Of a DNA stretch of 64,000 nucleotides, positions 27,662-36,968 are shown piece after piece. The position numbers and the translations under genes were made by a program. A model generated the notes under the pieces. That model ran no database searches. It was not told where the DNA came from and was given only the letters and a program-made list of their open reading frames with translations. The number at the start of each line of letters is the position of its first letter. Positions within the stretch are counted from its first letter, which is position 1. Source of the stretch: a virus (lineage: Duplodnaviria > Caudoviricetes); the IMG/VR virus record IMGVR_UViG_3300036971_000130, one strand, 5' to 3'.

Positions 27662-28351
27662 ATGTCGAAGTACGAGTGGGAGCGTGGCAGCATCAAGCTG
27701 TCCACCGTCGAGTGGACCAAGTTCCGCAAGGAGATGGAGCGGTACGCTCATCGTGCCTACGTGGAAGCGTTCGAGATGACCCAGAAGGTCTGGAAGGGCC
27801 TGAAGGCGTCCGACAAGGCCAAGGGCGATCTCAGGATCACCGACCACGTCAAGCGCCCCGTCTTCGGACGCTACAGTTCGGATGGCGAGGCGTTCTACGA
27901 CTGGGTCGTGGACCTCGCTGAGTTGATGTTCTGGCAGGCGAAGGTGAACGGCAAGTTGGCCCGCCCGCAGAAGACGAAAGTCGACTTCCCGACAAACAAG
28001 ACGACCTGCTTCATCCACGATGACGCATCCATCTCCTTCGATCGTACATCCAAGACCGTGACTTGGGACGTGGGCGAGAACAATCACGCCTGCGAGCGTG
28101 CTAGGGAGTCGGCTCTCGGCTCGAAGTTCTTCGGCCTGCTCAACAAGATCGTGTGGAGCCGTGGCACCGGTGGTGTCATCGTCGGCAACGACGAGTACAC
28201 CCGAGAAGCCGACTACGCCGGTGGCGGTGGCAACTACGTGGTCGCCGCCTACGGCCCGATCGGGGAGCGGTTGTACCCGCACCAGTTCGTGCCCTTCGTG
28301 GACACGTCCGGCAAGCAGCATGGCAAGCAGCATGGCACGCCGTGGCCGTGA
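27662..28351 (+). CDS. Hypothetical protein
   Basis: AAGGAG SD, class I promoter upstream. Confidence 0.75.
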   Translation: MSKYEWERGSIKLSTVEWTKFRKEMERYAHRAYVEAFEMTQKVWKGLKASDKAKGDLRITDHVKRPVFGRYSSDGEAFYDWVVDLAELMFWQAKVNGKLARPQKTKVDFPTNKTTCFIHDDASISFDRTSKTVTWDVGENNHACERARESALGSKFFGLLNKIVWSRGTGGVIVGNDEYTREADYAGGGGNYVVAAYGPIGERLYPHQFVPFVDTSGKQHGKQHGTPWP

Positions 28352-28472
28352 CCGACCGCATGGCACGCCGTACAAGCGATACGGCTACGGGATGTCGTCC
28401 TTCACCTGGTGATCAGAAGGTCCTGGACTCCGGTCTGGGGCCTTCGCCATCGGTGGCTGGTATGATTGCGGC

Positions 28473-28919
28473 ATGAAGAAGATCGCTCTCCTGCTCGTCG
28501 CTGTCGTGTCCATCGGCGTCCTCGCCGGTTGTCGGCAGACCCGTATCCCCTACGACGACACGCTCGTCACCAAGTCCATGAACTCGATCGCTCAGAGCGT
28601 CGGAGCCGGGAAGTGGTCCTGCGACTTCAAGAGCGAGAAGACCATCGGTGAGGACGGGGCACAGGTCGACATCAACTACCAGTGCAAGTCCCCGAGCGTC
28701 GCTGGTGCGAACTCCGTGAAGGCCACGTTCTACGAGAAGACCCTGAGTGGGCTGACGAAGGACAACAAGAGCTTCTCCTACAACGGCCGGGCAGGGATCA
28801 TCGTGTCGAAGAAGGTCGGCAACAAGACCCGTCACTGGATCGGGGACTGCTTCTACAAGATGTCCCCGAAGGGCCAGACCTGGACGCAGGTCTACTGCAC
28901 CCCGCTGGTGGTGCAGTAG
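28473..28919 (+). CDS. Lipoprotein
   Basis: Lipobox LAGC; paralog of 54304. Confidence 0.75.
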   Translation: MKKIALLLVAVVSIGVLAGCRQTRIPYDDTLVTKSMNSIAQSVGAGKWSCDFKSEKTIGEDGAQVDINYQCKSPSVAGANSVKATFYEKTLSGLTKDNKSFSYNGRAGIIVSKKVGNKTRHWIGDCFYKMSPKGQTWTQVYCTPLVVQ

Positions 28920-28964
28920 ACCTACTGATTGGACAGACCGTGGCCGACCACCCATGATGGTGGC

Positions 28965-29564
28965 ATGGACCTCACCGGCTTCGTCAACGTCAACGACCTG
29001 ATCTCCGTCACCAAGTCCACCGGTGGATGCGGAGCCAAGCCTCACGGTCACATCTTCGACTCACGGATGAGCGATGCCGATTTGGCGGCTCACACGGACG
29101 AGGATGGCGTCCTGACCTTCGCCTGCATGGTACCGGTCGACGGAGATCCCATCGTCTTCGATGTCGCCAACGAGGTCCGTCGGATCAGCGGCAACTCGGG
29201 GACGTACACATCTCGGGTCGTCGGTCACTTCGGTTCGGAGTACCAGATCATCCTGGCTCAGTTCGGCGGGGTCGACTTCCGACCGGTCATCTTCGAGGAT
29301 GTCGTTCTGGCGCAGATGGGGTACGACCAGGGGATTCGGAGGGGCCTTGCTCTGACCCGGAAGCCGATGACGAAGAAGGAGATCGAGGAACGGACCGAGA
29401 ACGGCCGGACCGTCTTCTACTTCTCGTCCGACCCGGAGCCGCTCGGCACCCTGACGATGCTCTGCTGGGAACTCGTCAGGGGAGAGCCTATGCATCTCCA
29501 CGTCGTCCCTGTCGGAGTGCTCAACGAGCAGATCGTGTACCGGGCCTCCTGCGAGATCCGGTGA
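28965..29564 (+). CDS. Hypothetical protein
   Basis: Leaderless after class I promoter. Confidence 0.65.
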   Translation: MDLTGFVNVNDLISVTKSTGGCGAKPHGHIFDSRMSDADLAAHTDEDGVLTFACMVPVDGDPIVFDVANEVRRISGNSGTYTSRVVGHFGSEYQIILAQFGGVDFRPVIFEDVVLAQMGYDQGIRRGLALTRKPMTKKEIEERTENGRTVFYFSSDPEPLGTLTMLCWELVRGEPMHLHVVPVGVLNEQIVYRASCEIR

Positions 29565-30358
29565 TCCGCACCTGCGAGTGCTGCGGCGACACCCACGAGG
29601 ATGTGGGTGAGTTCGACGGCATGATGCTCTGCTTCCTCTGTCAGCCGTGCGTCGAGTGCGGTGAGACCGGAGGCGACTGCGATCCGTACGGTGTGGGCGG
29701 GGGCGGCATCTGCTACCGAGGCAGCCCCAGGACCACCGTGGACCGAATCCTCGCCGCCGCCGGAGTCGACCGGATCATCGCCACCTTGGTGTCCGAGAGT
29801 GTCGTTCGGCGCATGGGGAGAAACAACCTCCCGTACCACAACATCTGGCACATCATCGACGTGCTGAACGAGGCGCTTCGTCTCTTGCCGTTCGAGCCGG
29901 AAGCGAACCAGATCGCTGTTCTGCTCGCCGCCGCCTACCATGACGTTGTCTATGACATCGACCTTCGGCACGGGGCCAACGAAGAAGCGAGCGCCGTTGT
30001 GGCTGTGGCCGAGTTGTCGGCGCTGAACAGCGGTCTGGTGGCCGAGGTCGGTCGGTTGATCCGGCTGACCGATGACCACAACATCGACCCTGCCGATCGT
30101 TCGGGTGCGGTCCTCGTCGATGCCGACCTCGGCATCCTTGCCGCCGATCCGACGGTCTACGCCGACTACACCGTGCGAGTGCGAGGCGACTACCGGAAGT
30201 TCAGCGACGAACAGTGGAAGGCCGGACGACCGGTGGTGCTCAGGAAGTTCCTCGACAACCTGGGCAGCTACTTCCTCGCTGGCCCCACCGAGGATCGACT
30301 GTTCCGTCGAGCTTCGGCCAGACGGAACATCGACTTCGAGTTGGTCAACTTCGACTGA
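29561..30358 (+). CDS. HD-domain phosphohydrolase with N-terminal Cys cluster
   Basis: YHNIWHI, AAYHDVVYD, NEEASA, DADLGIL. Confidence 0.85.
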   Translation: MIRTCECCGDTHEDVGEFDGMMLCFLCQPCVECGETGGDCDPYGVGGGGICYRGSPRTTVDRILAAAGVDRIIATLVSESVVRRMGRNNLPYHNIWHIIDVLNEALRLLPFEPEANQIAVLLAAAYHDVVYDIDLRHGANEEASAVVAVAELSALNSGLVAEVGRLIRLTDDHNIDPADRSGAVLVDADLGILAADPTVYADYTVRVRGDYRKFSDEQWKAGRPVVLRKFLDNLGSYFLAGPTEDRLFRRASARRNIDFELVNFD

Positions 30359-30376
30359 CCCACCCATGATGGTCGC

Positions 30377-30685
30377 ATGCAGATCCAAGACATCATCTCC
30401 GCCACCGAAGCCCACGAGAGCGGTCCTCGTCCTCGCAACGTCATGGTCCACACCCCGATGACCCGAGAAGAACTGGAAGCTCGGGTCACCAACCGTTCGG
30501 ACCAGACCGAGACCGAGGTCCAGTTCGTCATCCTCATCGACCCGTTCGACTACGACAGCGAGTCGATGTGGGACCACCTCAGCGACCTGGCTGGCACGAT
30601 CGTGAGCGCCTGGCATCTGACCCCGATCGGGGTCTACCAGGAGAACGTCGTCTACCTCGTCGACTGTGTCGTCGACCTGGACTGA
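30377..30685 (+). CDS. Hypothetical protein
   Basis: Leaderless; resembles C-half of 28965. Confidence 0.6.
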   Translation: MQIQDIISATEAHESGPRPRNVMVHTPMTREELEARVTNRSDQTETEVQFVILIDPFDYDSESMWDHLSDLAGTIVSAWHLTPIGVYQENVVYLVDCVVDLD

Positions 30686-30725
30686 AAACCTGGTTGACCT
30701 GGTCTTTCTCGGGTATCATCCCCGC

Positions 30726-31283
30726 ATGGAACAGACCACGACCGTCATCCCTCTGGGCGTCTTCGACCCGGACAAGAGGACCGTCATCTACCTCGATGTC
30801 GATGGCGTCCTCAACTCTTTCCAGTCGCCGGAGGTGCTGAAGAAGCACTGGCCGGACTTCGAGGTCGTCTCCAAGGAGTCGCCGGAGAGGTTCGTGTCGA
30901 TCTCGATGGTCCTGTCCCGTCGACTCGGGACAGCGATCCGGGCGTACGCCGAGACGATCGGAGCCGAGATCGTCTGGGCGACCTCGCACGGTTCCTACGT
31001 CGACATGTTCGATCAGGAGTCGGGTATGACCTCCCACATGCGCTCGATCGAGTGCTACGGCGAGGAAGTCGAACCCGGTCTGATCTGGAAGATGGGACCG
31101 GTGTCCGAGGACTTCGATGACCGGAACGTCATCTGGGTGGACGATGAACTCACCGAGGAAGACGCCGTCTACCTCACCCGTCAAGGTATCAGCGGCTTCC
31201 TGGTCATCCCTGACCCGTTCAACGGGATCACGAACGGTGACCTTGAAACGCTTGACGTGGTCACGGTCACGCCCCATGATTGA
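30726..31283 (+). CDS. HAD phosphatase (Swiss-army-knife RNA-repair type)
   Basis: IYLDVDGVLN, IVWATS, IWVDDE. Confidence 0.8.
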   Translation: MEQTTTVIPLGVFDPDKRTVIYLDVDGVLNSFQSPEVLKKHWPDFEVVSKESPERFVSISMVLSRRLGTAIRAYAETIGAEIVWATSHGSYVDMFDQESGMTSHMRSIECYGEEVEPGLIWKMGPVSEDFDDRNVIWVDDELTEEDAVYLTRQGISGFLVIPDPFNGITNGDLETLDVVTVTPHD

Positions 31284-31364
31284 GGTCTGGCGGAACACCT
31301 GACCTGTCGTGCATCAACCGACAGGTTGGACATCCCCTACCTCCCGACCCATGATCTGAGCACT

Positions 31365-31985
31365 ATGACCATGCAACGAGTCGAGGCGCTGAAGCTCCCC
31401 GACGATCCCGACACCATCATCGAGAACCTCCTGAAGAAGCTCGGCATCGCCATGCTCCCCCAGAAGGTGAACGCTCTCGAACTCCTGGACCTGCTCGGCG
31501 GTTCGGTCAAGCTGACCTCCGACCCAGCCCCGTACGACATCCACGTCTCAGCCCCCGGCAAGTTCGTCGCCCAGGTGGAGAAGAAGCGCACGGCCATGTG
31601 GGTGACCGCTCAGAACCGAGCGTGGATCGCTCGTGCCATCGTTCGGTACCTGCTCGGCTACGGCTGGGTCGGCGGCACCGGTGACCGGTACCTCCTGACC
31701 GTCGAGTCCGATGCAGCGGAGCGGCAGATCAACGCTCTCGTCGCCGCTCTCCTGATCCCGAACGACCTGTTTAAGATCGCCCACAAGAAGCTGAACCCGA
31801 AGGACGAGAAGGGCAACTACCTCGACGACCTCTGGGACCCCATCATCTTCGGCCCTGACGGCGAGTCCGATCGCTTCGACAAGCAGATCCGACGTGAGAG
31901 CAACGTGAAGGAGTTCGCCAAGATGTTCGATGTCCCGGCGAAGTACGTCGAGGCTCGCCTCTTGCTCAACGGGTTGCGCTTCTAG
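31365..31985 (+). CDS. Degenerate ImmA/IrrE-like protein
   Basis: AERQINALVAALLIP, FAKMFDV..VEARL; no HExxH. Confidence 0.55.
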   Translation: MTMQRVEALKLPDDPDTIIENLLKKLGIAMLPQKVNALELLDLLGGSVKLTSDPAPYDIHVSAPGKFVAQVEKKRTAMWVTAQNRAWIARAIVRYLLGYGWVGGTGDRYLLTVESDAAERQINALVAALLIPNDLFKIAHKKLNPKDEKGNYLDDLWDPIIFGPDGESDRFDKQIRRESNVKEFAKMFDVPAKYVEARLLLNGLRF

Positions 31986-32017
31986 TCGTCGACCTGGTAG
32001 AACTGGCCTACCTTCTC

Positions 32018-32121
32018 GGGGAGGTTGGATACTGGCAAATCCAGCCTTGGCACCCAAACCAACGGTCAGCATGTGACATCGAAGTCGCTGCATGGGGGTT
32101 CGAGTCCCTCCCTCCCCGCCA
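32018..32121 (+). ncRNA. Atypical 104-nt tRNA-like RNA
   Basis: GGGGAGG/CCTCCCC-GCCA acceptor, canonical T arm, bulged anticodon arm with 8-nt loop CACCCAAA, long variable arm. Confidence 0.7.
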
Positions 32122-32203
32122 GACTCACGAAGACCCGGACCGATCGGTCCGGGTCTTCTCGTTCCAGTTGGACATCCGTTTGGGTCCCACCCATACTGAA
32201 GGC

Positions 32204-32455
32204 ATGTCCCGCACCCTCGCTCACGCACCCAAGCAGGTCCAGCGCCGTCGAGCCGATCGAACTGGTCAGATCACCGATCGGACCAAGCTCGTCGAACTCG
32301 ATGATGCCACCACGCCTGCATGGAACAAGGCGGAGCGGAAGGTGCGCTACAGCGCATTCAAGTGCGGAGCTATCGACGCTCGGAGCCGCAACCGGACCCG
32401 TCGCCAGAAGGACCGTCAGGACCACATCAACGGCAATCTCGGAGAATGGGCTTGA
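32204..32455 (+). CDS. Small basic protein
   Basis: Leaderless after TGGACA-N17-CATACT. Confidence 0.6.
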   Translation: MSRTLAHAPKQVQRRRADRTGQITDRTKLVELDDATTPAWNKAERKVRYSAFKCGAIDARSRNRTRRQKDRQDHINGNLGEWA

Positions 32456-32486
32456 CACCAGTTGTCAGACCTGTAGGATGGCCGAC

Positions 32487-32576
32487 ATGAACACCGCAGC
32501 CCGCACCCTATCGAAGACTGGACGCCTGACCGGCGTTCGACTTCTGTGCGTCCTGCCGGGCCGCTTGTATCGCTGA
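32487..32576 (+). CDS. Putative Leu/Tyr-sensing leader peptide, 29 aa
   Basis: Leaderless after TTGACA-N16-TAGGAT; MNTAARTLSKTGRLTGVRLLCVLPGRLYR; codons CTA, CTG, CTT, TTG, TAT. Confidence 0.7.
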   Translation: MNTAARTLSKTGRLTGVRLLCVLPGRLYR

Positions 32577-32668
32577 TCTCTGACGCTCTCGTCGGGATTC
32601 GACGATAGAGCGAACGGGCAGGACGACAGTCCACGTTGGACCGAGCAGAAGCTCGTCGACCAACTCAT

Positions 32669-32744
32669 GTCTGCGTAGCCCAATGGCAGAGGCAACGGTC
32701 TGAGGGGCCGTTCAGTGGAGGTTCGAGTCCTCTCGCAGACACCA
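32669..32744 (+). tRNA. tRNA-Leu(GAG), short variable loop
   Basis: loop CTGAGGG, ACCA. Confidence 0.88.
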
Positions 32745-32745
32745 A

Positions 32746-32821
32746 GCTCACGTAGCCCAACGGCAGAGGCAGCAGGTTCAGGACTTGTTCAGTGGAGGTT
32801 CGAATCCTCTCGTGAGCACCA
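32746..32821 (+). tRNA. tRNA-Leu(CAG), short variable loop
   Basis: loop TTCAGGA. Confidence 0.88.
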
Positions 32822-32854
32822 CACATAGGCCGAGGAAACCCGGTCGTAGATCAA

Positions 32855-32939
32855 GCTGATGTATCCAAGAGGCGAAGGGCGCTGGCTGTAAACCAGTTAC
32901 GAAGACACACCGGGGGTTCGACTCCCTCCATCAGCACCA
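32855..32939 (+). tRNA. tRNA-Tyr(GTA)
   Basis: loop CTGTAAA, extended variable region. Confidence 0.88.
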
Positions 32940-32973
32940 ACACATAGACCGAGAACACCCGGTCGCAGATCAT

Positions 32974-33059
32974 GCTTCGGTAACCAAGCGGACGAAGGTA
33001 GCTGGCTGTAAACCAGTGACGTAGACACATCGCAGGTTCGAATCATGCCCGGAGCACCA
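32974..33059 (+). tRNA. tRNA-Tyr(GTA)
   Basis: loop CTGTAAA. Confidence 0.85.
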
Positions 33060-33060
33060 A

Positions 33061-33138
33061 GCCTGTGTAGCCCAATCGGCAGAGGCACCGGATTCAAACC
33101 CCGGAAAGGTGTGGGTTCAAGTCCCACTACAGGCACCA
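33061..33138 (+). tRNA. tRNA-Leu(CAA)
   Basis: loop TTCAAAC. Confidence 0.85.
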
Positions 33139-33149
33139 CATCACATCTA

Positions 33150-33226
33150 GCTCACGTAGCCCAATCGGCAGAGGCGACGGTCTGAGAGGCCGTTCAGTGG
33201 AGGTTCGAGTCCTCTCGTGAGCACCA
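33150..33226 (+). tRNA. tRNA-Leu(GAG)
   Basis: loop CTGAGAG. Confidence 0.88.
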
Positions 33227-33227
33227 A

Positions 33228-33300
33228 GCCTGCGTAGCCCAATGGCAGAGGCACCGGTTTTAGGTACCGGCCAGTGAGGGTTCGACCCCCTCCGCAGGTA
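33228..33300 (+). tRNA. tRNA-Leu(TAG)
   Basis: loop TTTAGGT. Confidence 0.88.
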
Positions 33301-33320
33301 CTCCGACCCATGATGGGACA

Positions 33321-33851
33321 ATGGACATCGAACGCCGCCCGAGGGCGACAACCATCATCAAGAACTTCACCCTGCCGCCGCTGGCGATCGCCGTCATCGT
33401 GGTCGGCCTGTTCGGGTTCCTGTCCGGGTCGTTCTCGTCGGAGCGGCTCAAAGCAGTGAGCTACGGCAAGAACAACAACATCGTGGTCGAGTCGACGAAG
33501 GGCGACACGATGACCTTCACGTCCAACGGCGTTCGATGTGCTGCGAAGTTCAGCACCACGAGCGGGAGCTACGTCTTCCGTGACTCGAAGTGCGAGGATG
33601 GTTCGACGCCGAGCCTGAAGCCGTCCAAGGTCGAGTACGTGTTCAACTTCGCCTCGTTGGTCTTCGGTGGGGTGGTTGCGCTCATCGGGGTGGTGCTTCT
33701 GGCGCTGACCCTACCGAGCCCACTTCGTGAGACGGGGGCGATCATCGCTCTGCTCATCGTCTTCATCCTCATAACGATCGTTGCGGAGATCGGTGTCGGC
33801 ACGTCCATCAGGTACTACGAGAGCGGCGACATCATCACCACGAACGAGTGA
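33321..33851 (+). CDS. Three-TM membrane protein
   Basis: Hydrophobic segments; leaderless. Confidence 0.65.
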   Translation: MDIERRPRATTIIKNFTLPPLAIAVIVVGLFGFLSGSFSSERLKAVSYGKNNNIVVESTKGDTMTFTSNGVRCAAKFSTTSGSYVFRDSKCEDGSTPSLKPSKVEYVFNFASLVFGGVVALIGVVLLALTLPSPLRETGAIIALLIVFILITIVAEIGVGTSIRYYESGDIITTNE

Positions 33852-34199
33852 TCAGTCGGTGACGGCTTCTCGGAACACCCCGACGATGGCGACGAACAGC
33901 TTGTCCTTCAACTTCTGGTCCTCGGGAAGCTCGTCGTAGGGGACCAGGGACGGATGCGTTCTCGCTTCCTCGTCCTTGGTCGGTCCGTAGACCCACCCGT
34001 CAGCGATCCTCTGGTCCATCCAGAGTTCGTGGGAAGCCTCCGGGTCGAGTGGGCCTTGGACGCCAGCCATCGTGAGCAGGCGGTCTTCTTCGCCCGTCTC
34101 GTCCCATCCAGCGGACACACCGATTGTCTCGTCCTTCTGGGACATCTGGATCGCACGGTTGGCTTCGTGAAGGACTCTGGCTGCCTGGTCGATGTCCAT
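33852..34199 (-). CDS. RyR-domain protein
   Basis: HELWM..GWVYG..HPSLVPYDELPEDQKLKD. Confidence 0.85.
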   Translation of the reverse strand: MDIDQAARVLHEANRAIQMSQKDETIGVSAGWDETGEEDRLLTMAGVQGPLDPEASHELWMDQRIADGWVYGPTKDEEARTHPSLVPYDELPEDQKLKDKLFVAIVGVFREAVTD

Positions 34200-34281
34200 G
34201 AACGGAACCGTACCATCCTGGTTGGTCCAACCGTTGACAACGGGTGTAACATGAGTGCGACCACGTCAAAGGAATGACCAG

Positions 34282-35559
34282 ATGAAGATTCTCAACCGGG
34301 GCTTCGGCGCTGCCGCCATCACCGCCGCTGTTCTTCTCGGAACCGCCTGCCCGAGTTCTGCGGTCGATGCCGTACCGAAGGACCAGTGGCAGAAGAAGGA
34401 GACGCTGATCTCCGCCAACCTCTACAGCAAGCGCAACACCAACTTCGAGGCCGACCCGGTCGTGGCGATCTACGCCCGTCAGGAGGCGAAGCTGTGGGCC
34501 ACCACGCTCGCCAACAACACCCCGAAGGTGGAGCAGTCCAGGATCAACACCTGGCGCTCGGGCCTCGGGGCCAGCAACATCAAGATGAACGTCGTCAAGA
34601 TCGCCGCTGACCAGTCGCCGGCCGCTGTCCACGCAGCGAAGGCTTCTGCCGCCGGAACCTTCCGTGACAACGCCATGTGGTCCTCCGGTCGCCGGTTCGG
34701 CATCGGCGTCTACCCCCACAAGAACGGCGGCTGGATTCTCGTCGAACTGTTCGTGGACGGTGGACCGACCTCGTCGAACCGGAGGATCAGTCAGTTCCGC
34801 ACCGCTGATGGGTTCCTCGCCCAGAACTACACCGACTTCTACGTCAAGGACGGCAACTGGACGATGGGCCGGGCACAGCCTGGCGTGAAGAACTCCGATG
34901 GACGTGACTGGGGCAACATCACCGGATCCATCTCCGGCAACACCGGGCGTGGCTCGAACGACGGTGCTCCCTACGCCCTCTGGGCCGACATCATCCTCGC
35001 TGGTCAGTCCGCTGGTGCCCAGTCGGTCGTGACGAAGTGCGCCGTGGGCAACACGAAGGCGATCCTCGCCACCACCGGTACCGCACCGAACAAGGCTGCG
35101 TACAACGACATGGTGAACTCCTGCCGTTCGGTGGCCCAGACCGTCCAGAACTACTCGGGCACCAACGCCTACAAGACGAAGTACCCGGCCTCGATGACGA
35201 ACGCCCAGTTCGTCATCGCCGTCTACAAGACCGTGAATCAGAACCAGACGCCGTCGACCGCATGGGTCAACGCTTCGGTCGCCAAGCTGAACGCTGGCAA
35301 GACCCGTCAGGCGTTCATCTCCGAGTTCGTGGTCTCCGCTGACGCCAAGAACGGCGGTCAGGCTCTCGTCTCGATCCTGACCGCCACGATGCTCGATCGT
35401 CCGGCCACCGCCGCCGAGCGGTCCAACGTCGACGTTCGGTCCTTTGACAACAACGGCAAGTGGAACCTCGCAAGCTGGGGCTTCGCCAAGCCGGTTCTGA
35501 ACAAGGTGCTCACCTCGAACGAGTACGCCACTCGGGCGAGCAACCTCGGCCTCCGGTAA
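34282..35559 (+). CDS. Secreted protein with DUF4214-like C-terminus
   Basis: Signal peptide; NAQFVIAVYK, LDRPA, SNEY. Confidence 0.7.
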   Translation: MKILNRGFGAAAITAAVLLGTACPSSAVDAVPKDQWQKKETLISANLYSKRNTNFEADPVVAIYARQEAKLWATTLANNTPKVEQSRINTWRSGLGASNIKMNVVKIAADQSPAAVHAAKASAAGTFRDNAMWSSGRRFGIGVYPHKNGGWILVELFVDGGPTSSNRRISQFRTADGFLAQNYTDFYVKDGNWTMGRAQPGVKNSDGRDWGNITGSISGNTGRGSNDGAPYALWADIILAGQSAGAQSVVTKCAVGNTKAILATTGTAPNKAAYNDMVNSCRSVAQTVQNYSGTNAYKTKYPASMTNAQFVIAVYKTVNQNQTPSTAWVNASVAKLNAGKTRQAFISEFVVSADAKNGGQALVSILTATMLDRPATAAERSNVDVRSFDNNGKWNLASWGFAKPVLNKVLTSNEYATRASNLGLR

Positions 35560-36343
35560 CCAGATCGACCTCTCCCGGTAAAGGGCCGGGAGAGGTCGAG
35601 GTCAACCGTCGACGCATGACCTCGATGGCTTCCGGGTTCGAGTCGATGAGCGTGAATGGCAGACCCCGCTTCTTCGCTGCGACCCCGGCCGTTCCCGAAC
35701 CGGCACAGAAGTCGAGCACCTCGCCGTCTGAAGCTGAAGCGGAAAGCGCCCTGTCGACAAGCTCCACCGGCTTCTGCGTCGGGTAGCCGGTCCTCTCGCT
35801 GCTCCTGGTCGGCACAATCGTCTGCCACCACACGTCGGTCGGAAGCTTCCCGGCTGCCAAGCGTTCCTCGGACTGCCAGCCCGGCGACATGTACGGGATG
35901 CGATCAACCGCCCCCTGGTCGAAGTGGTGGTCGCCCATCGACCTCGTGTACACGAGGATGCTGTCGTGCTTCCGAGGCCACGATGACCTGCCTCGACCGC
36001 CGAAGTCGTAGGCCCATATGATCTTGTTCAGGAAGTTCTCCCGACCGAAGACCTCGTCGAGCCAGACCTTGCAGTAATGCGACTCACGCTGGTCGATGTG
36101 GAAGTAGAGCGTGCCGTCGTTGCGAAGAAGACGCCGAGCTTCGATCATCAGCGGAACGATGAAGGACCGGAAGTCTCCGAAGCTGTCCTCGTAGGACGCC
36201 CCAGACGCCCCTGTCTGCCTCTGTCCGGTGTGGAACGGAGGATCGACGTAGATCACCTGGTAACGGCCGTCAGCAAGCTCAGGAAGCACCTGAGCGGCAT
36301 CACCGAGGATGATCTGGTCAGCCGCCCTTGTTCGGTCGGCCAC
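35510..36343 (-). CDS. N4/N6 DNA methyltransferase, beta class
   Basis: IYVDPPF, YPTQKP, VLDFCAGSGT. Confidence 0.9.
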   Translation of the reverse strand: MADRTRAADQIILGDAAQVLPELADGRYQVIYVDPPFHTGQRQTGASGASYEDSFGDFRSFIVPLMIEARRLLRNDGTLYFHIDQRESHYCKVWLDEVFGRENFLNKIIWAYDFGGRGRSSWPRKHDSILVYTRSMGDHHFDQGAVDRIPYMSPGWQSEERLAAGKLPTDVWWQTIVPTRSSERTGYPTQKPVELVDRALSASASDGEVLDFCAGSGTAGVAAKKRGLPFTLIDSNPEAIEVMRRRLTSTSPGPLPGEVDLVTGGRGCSPEWRTRSR

Positions 36344-36478
36344 TGTTGCGCTTGTGGGTCTTGGACTGGCGCTTCCGCTTCGTCTGAGGGTGAAGCGTCT
36401 GCCCTACCCATTCCTCCGGGATCTCGACGAGCTTGCTTCGCCGCATCCGGTAGAACTTGCCGTCCTTCTCGATCCGCT

Positions 36479-36763
36479 TCATCCGTACTCCTTGATCCTC
36501 TCGATGTCGTTCAGCAGAGCGTCCCCTTCCGGACCGATGAAGGTCACCGTGCGGATCTTCCGGACCATCAGGCACCCGCCGGAGAGCTTCACCGGCTCCG
36601 AGGTCGGCAGGAACCGGTAGAGGACCATGTGGATGCGGAGGCCCTCGTAGTAGCACGACGCCGAGAACCCCCGGCTGTCCCCTCGGTCCAGTCCGAACTC
36701 GTAGACCGAGTCGAAGATGGACCGGCGAGTCCTCATGTTCAGCTTGATCATTACGACCTTCAT
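36479..36763 (-). CDS. Hypothetical protein
   Basis: Coupled in operon downstream of AlkB. Confidence 0.5.
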   Translation of the reverse strand: MKVVMIKLNMRTRRSIFDSVYEFGLDRGDSRGFSASCYYEGLRIHMVLYRFLPTSEPVKLSGGCLMVRKIRTVTFIGPEGDALLNDIERIKEYG

Positions 36764-36968
36764 GCCGCCTCCTGAATCGACCTCATCAGAGGATACGGGT
36801 CAGGGCCATCCTCGTCCACACGGAGCTTTCGGCCCGTCAGGACCAGCGTCTCACCTCCGGAGAGTCGGAGCCGATCTCCCTCAGCAGTCGTAGGAGGATG
36901 CCTCAGACCGCCGTAGCACGCCGAGTAGACCGAGAAGAAGTTCTTGCCGGTGATCTTGACCGACTTCA

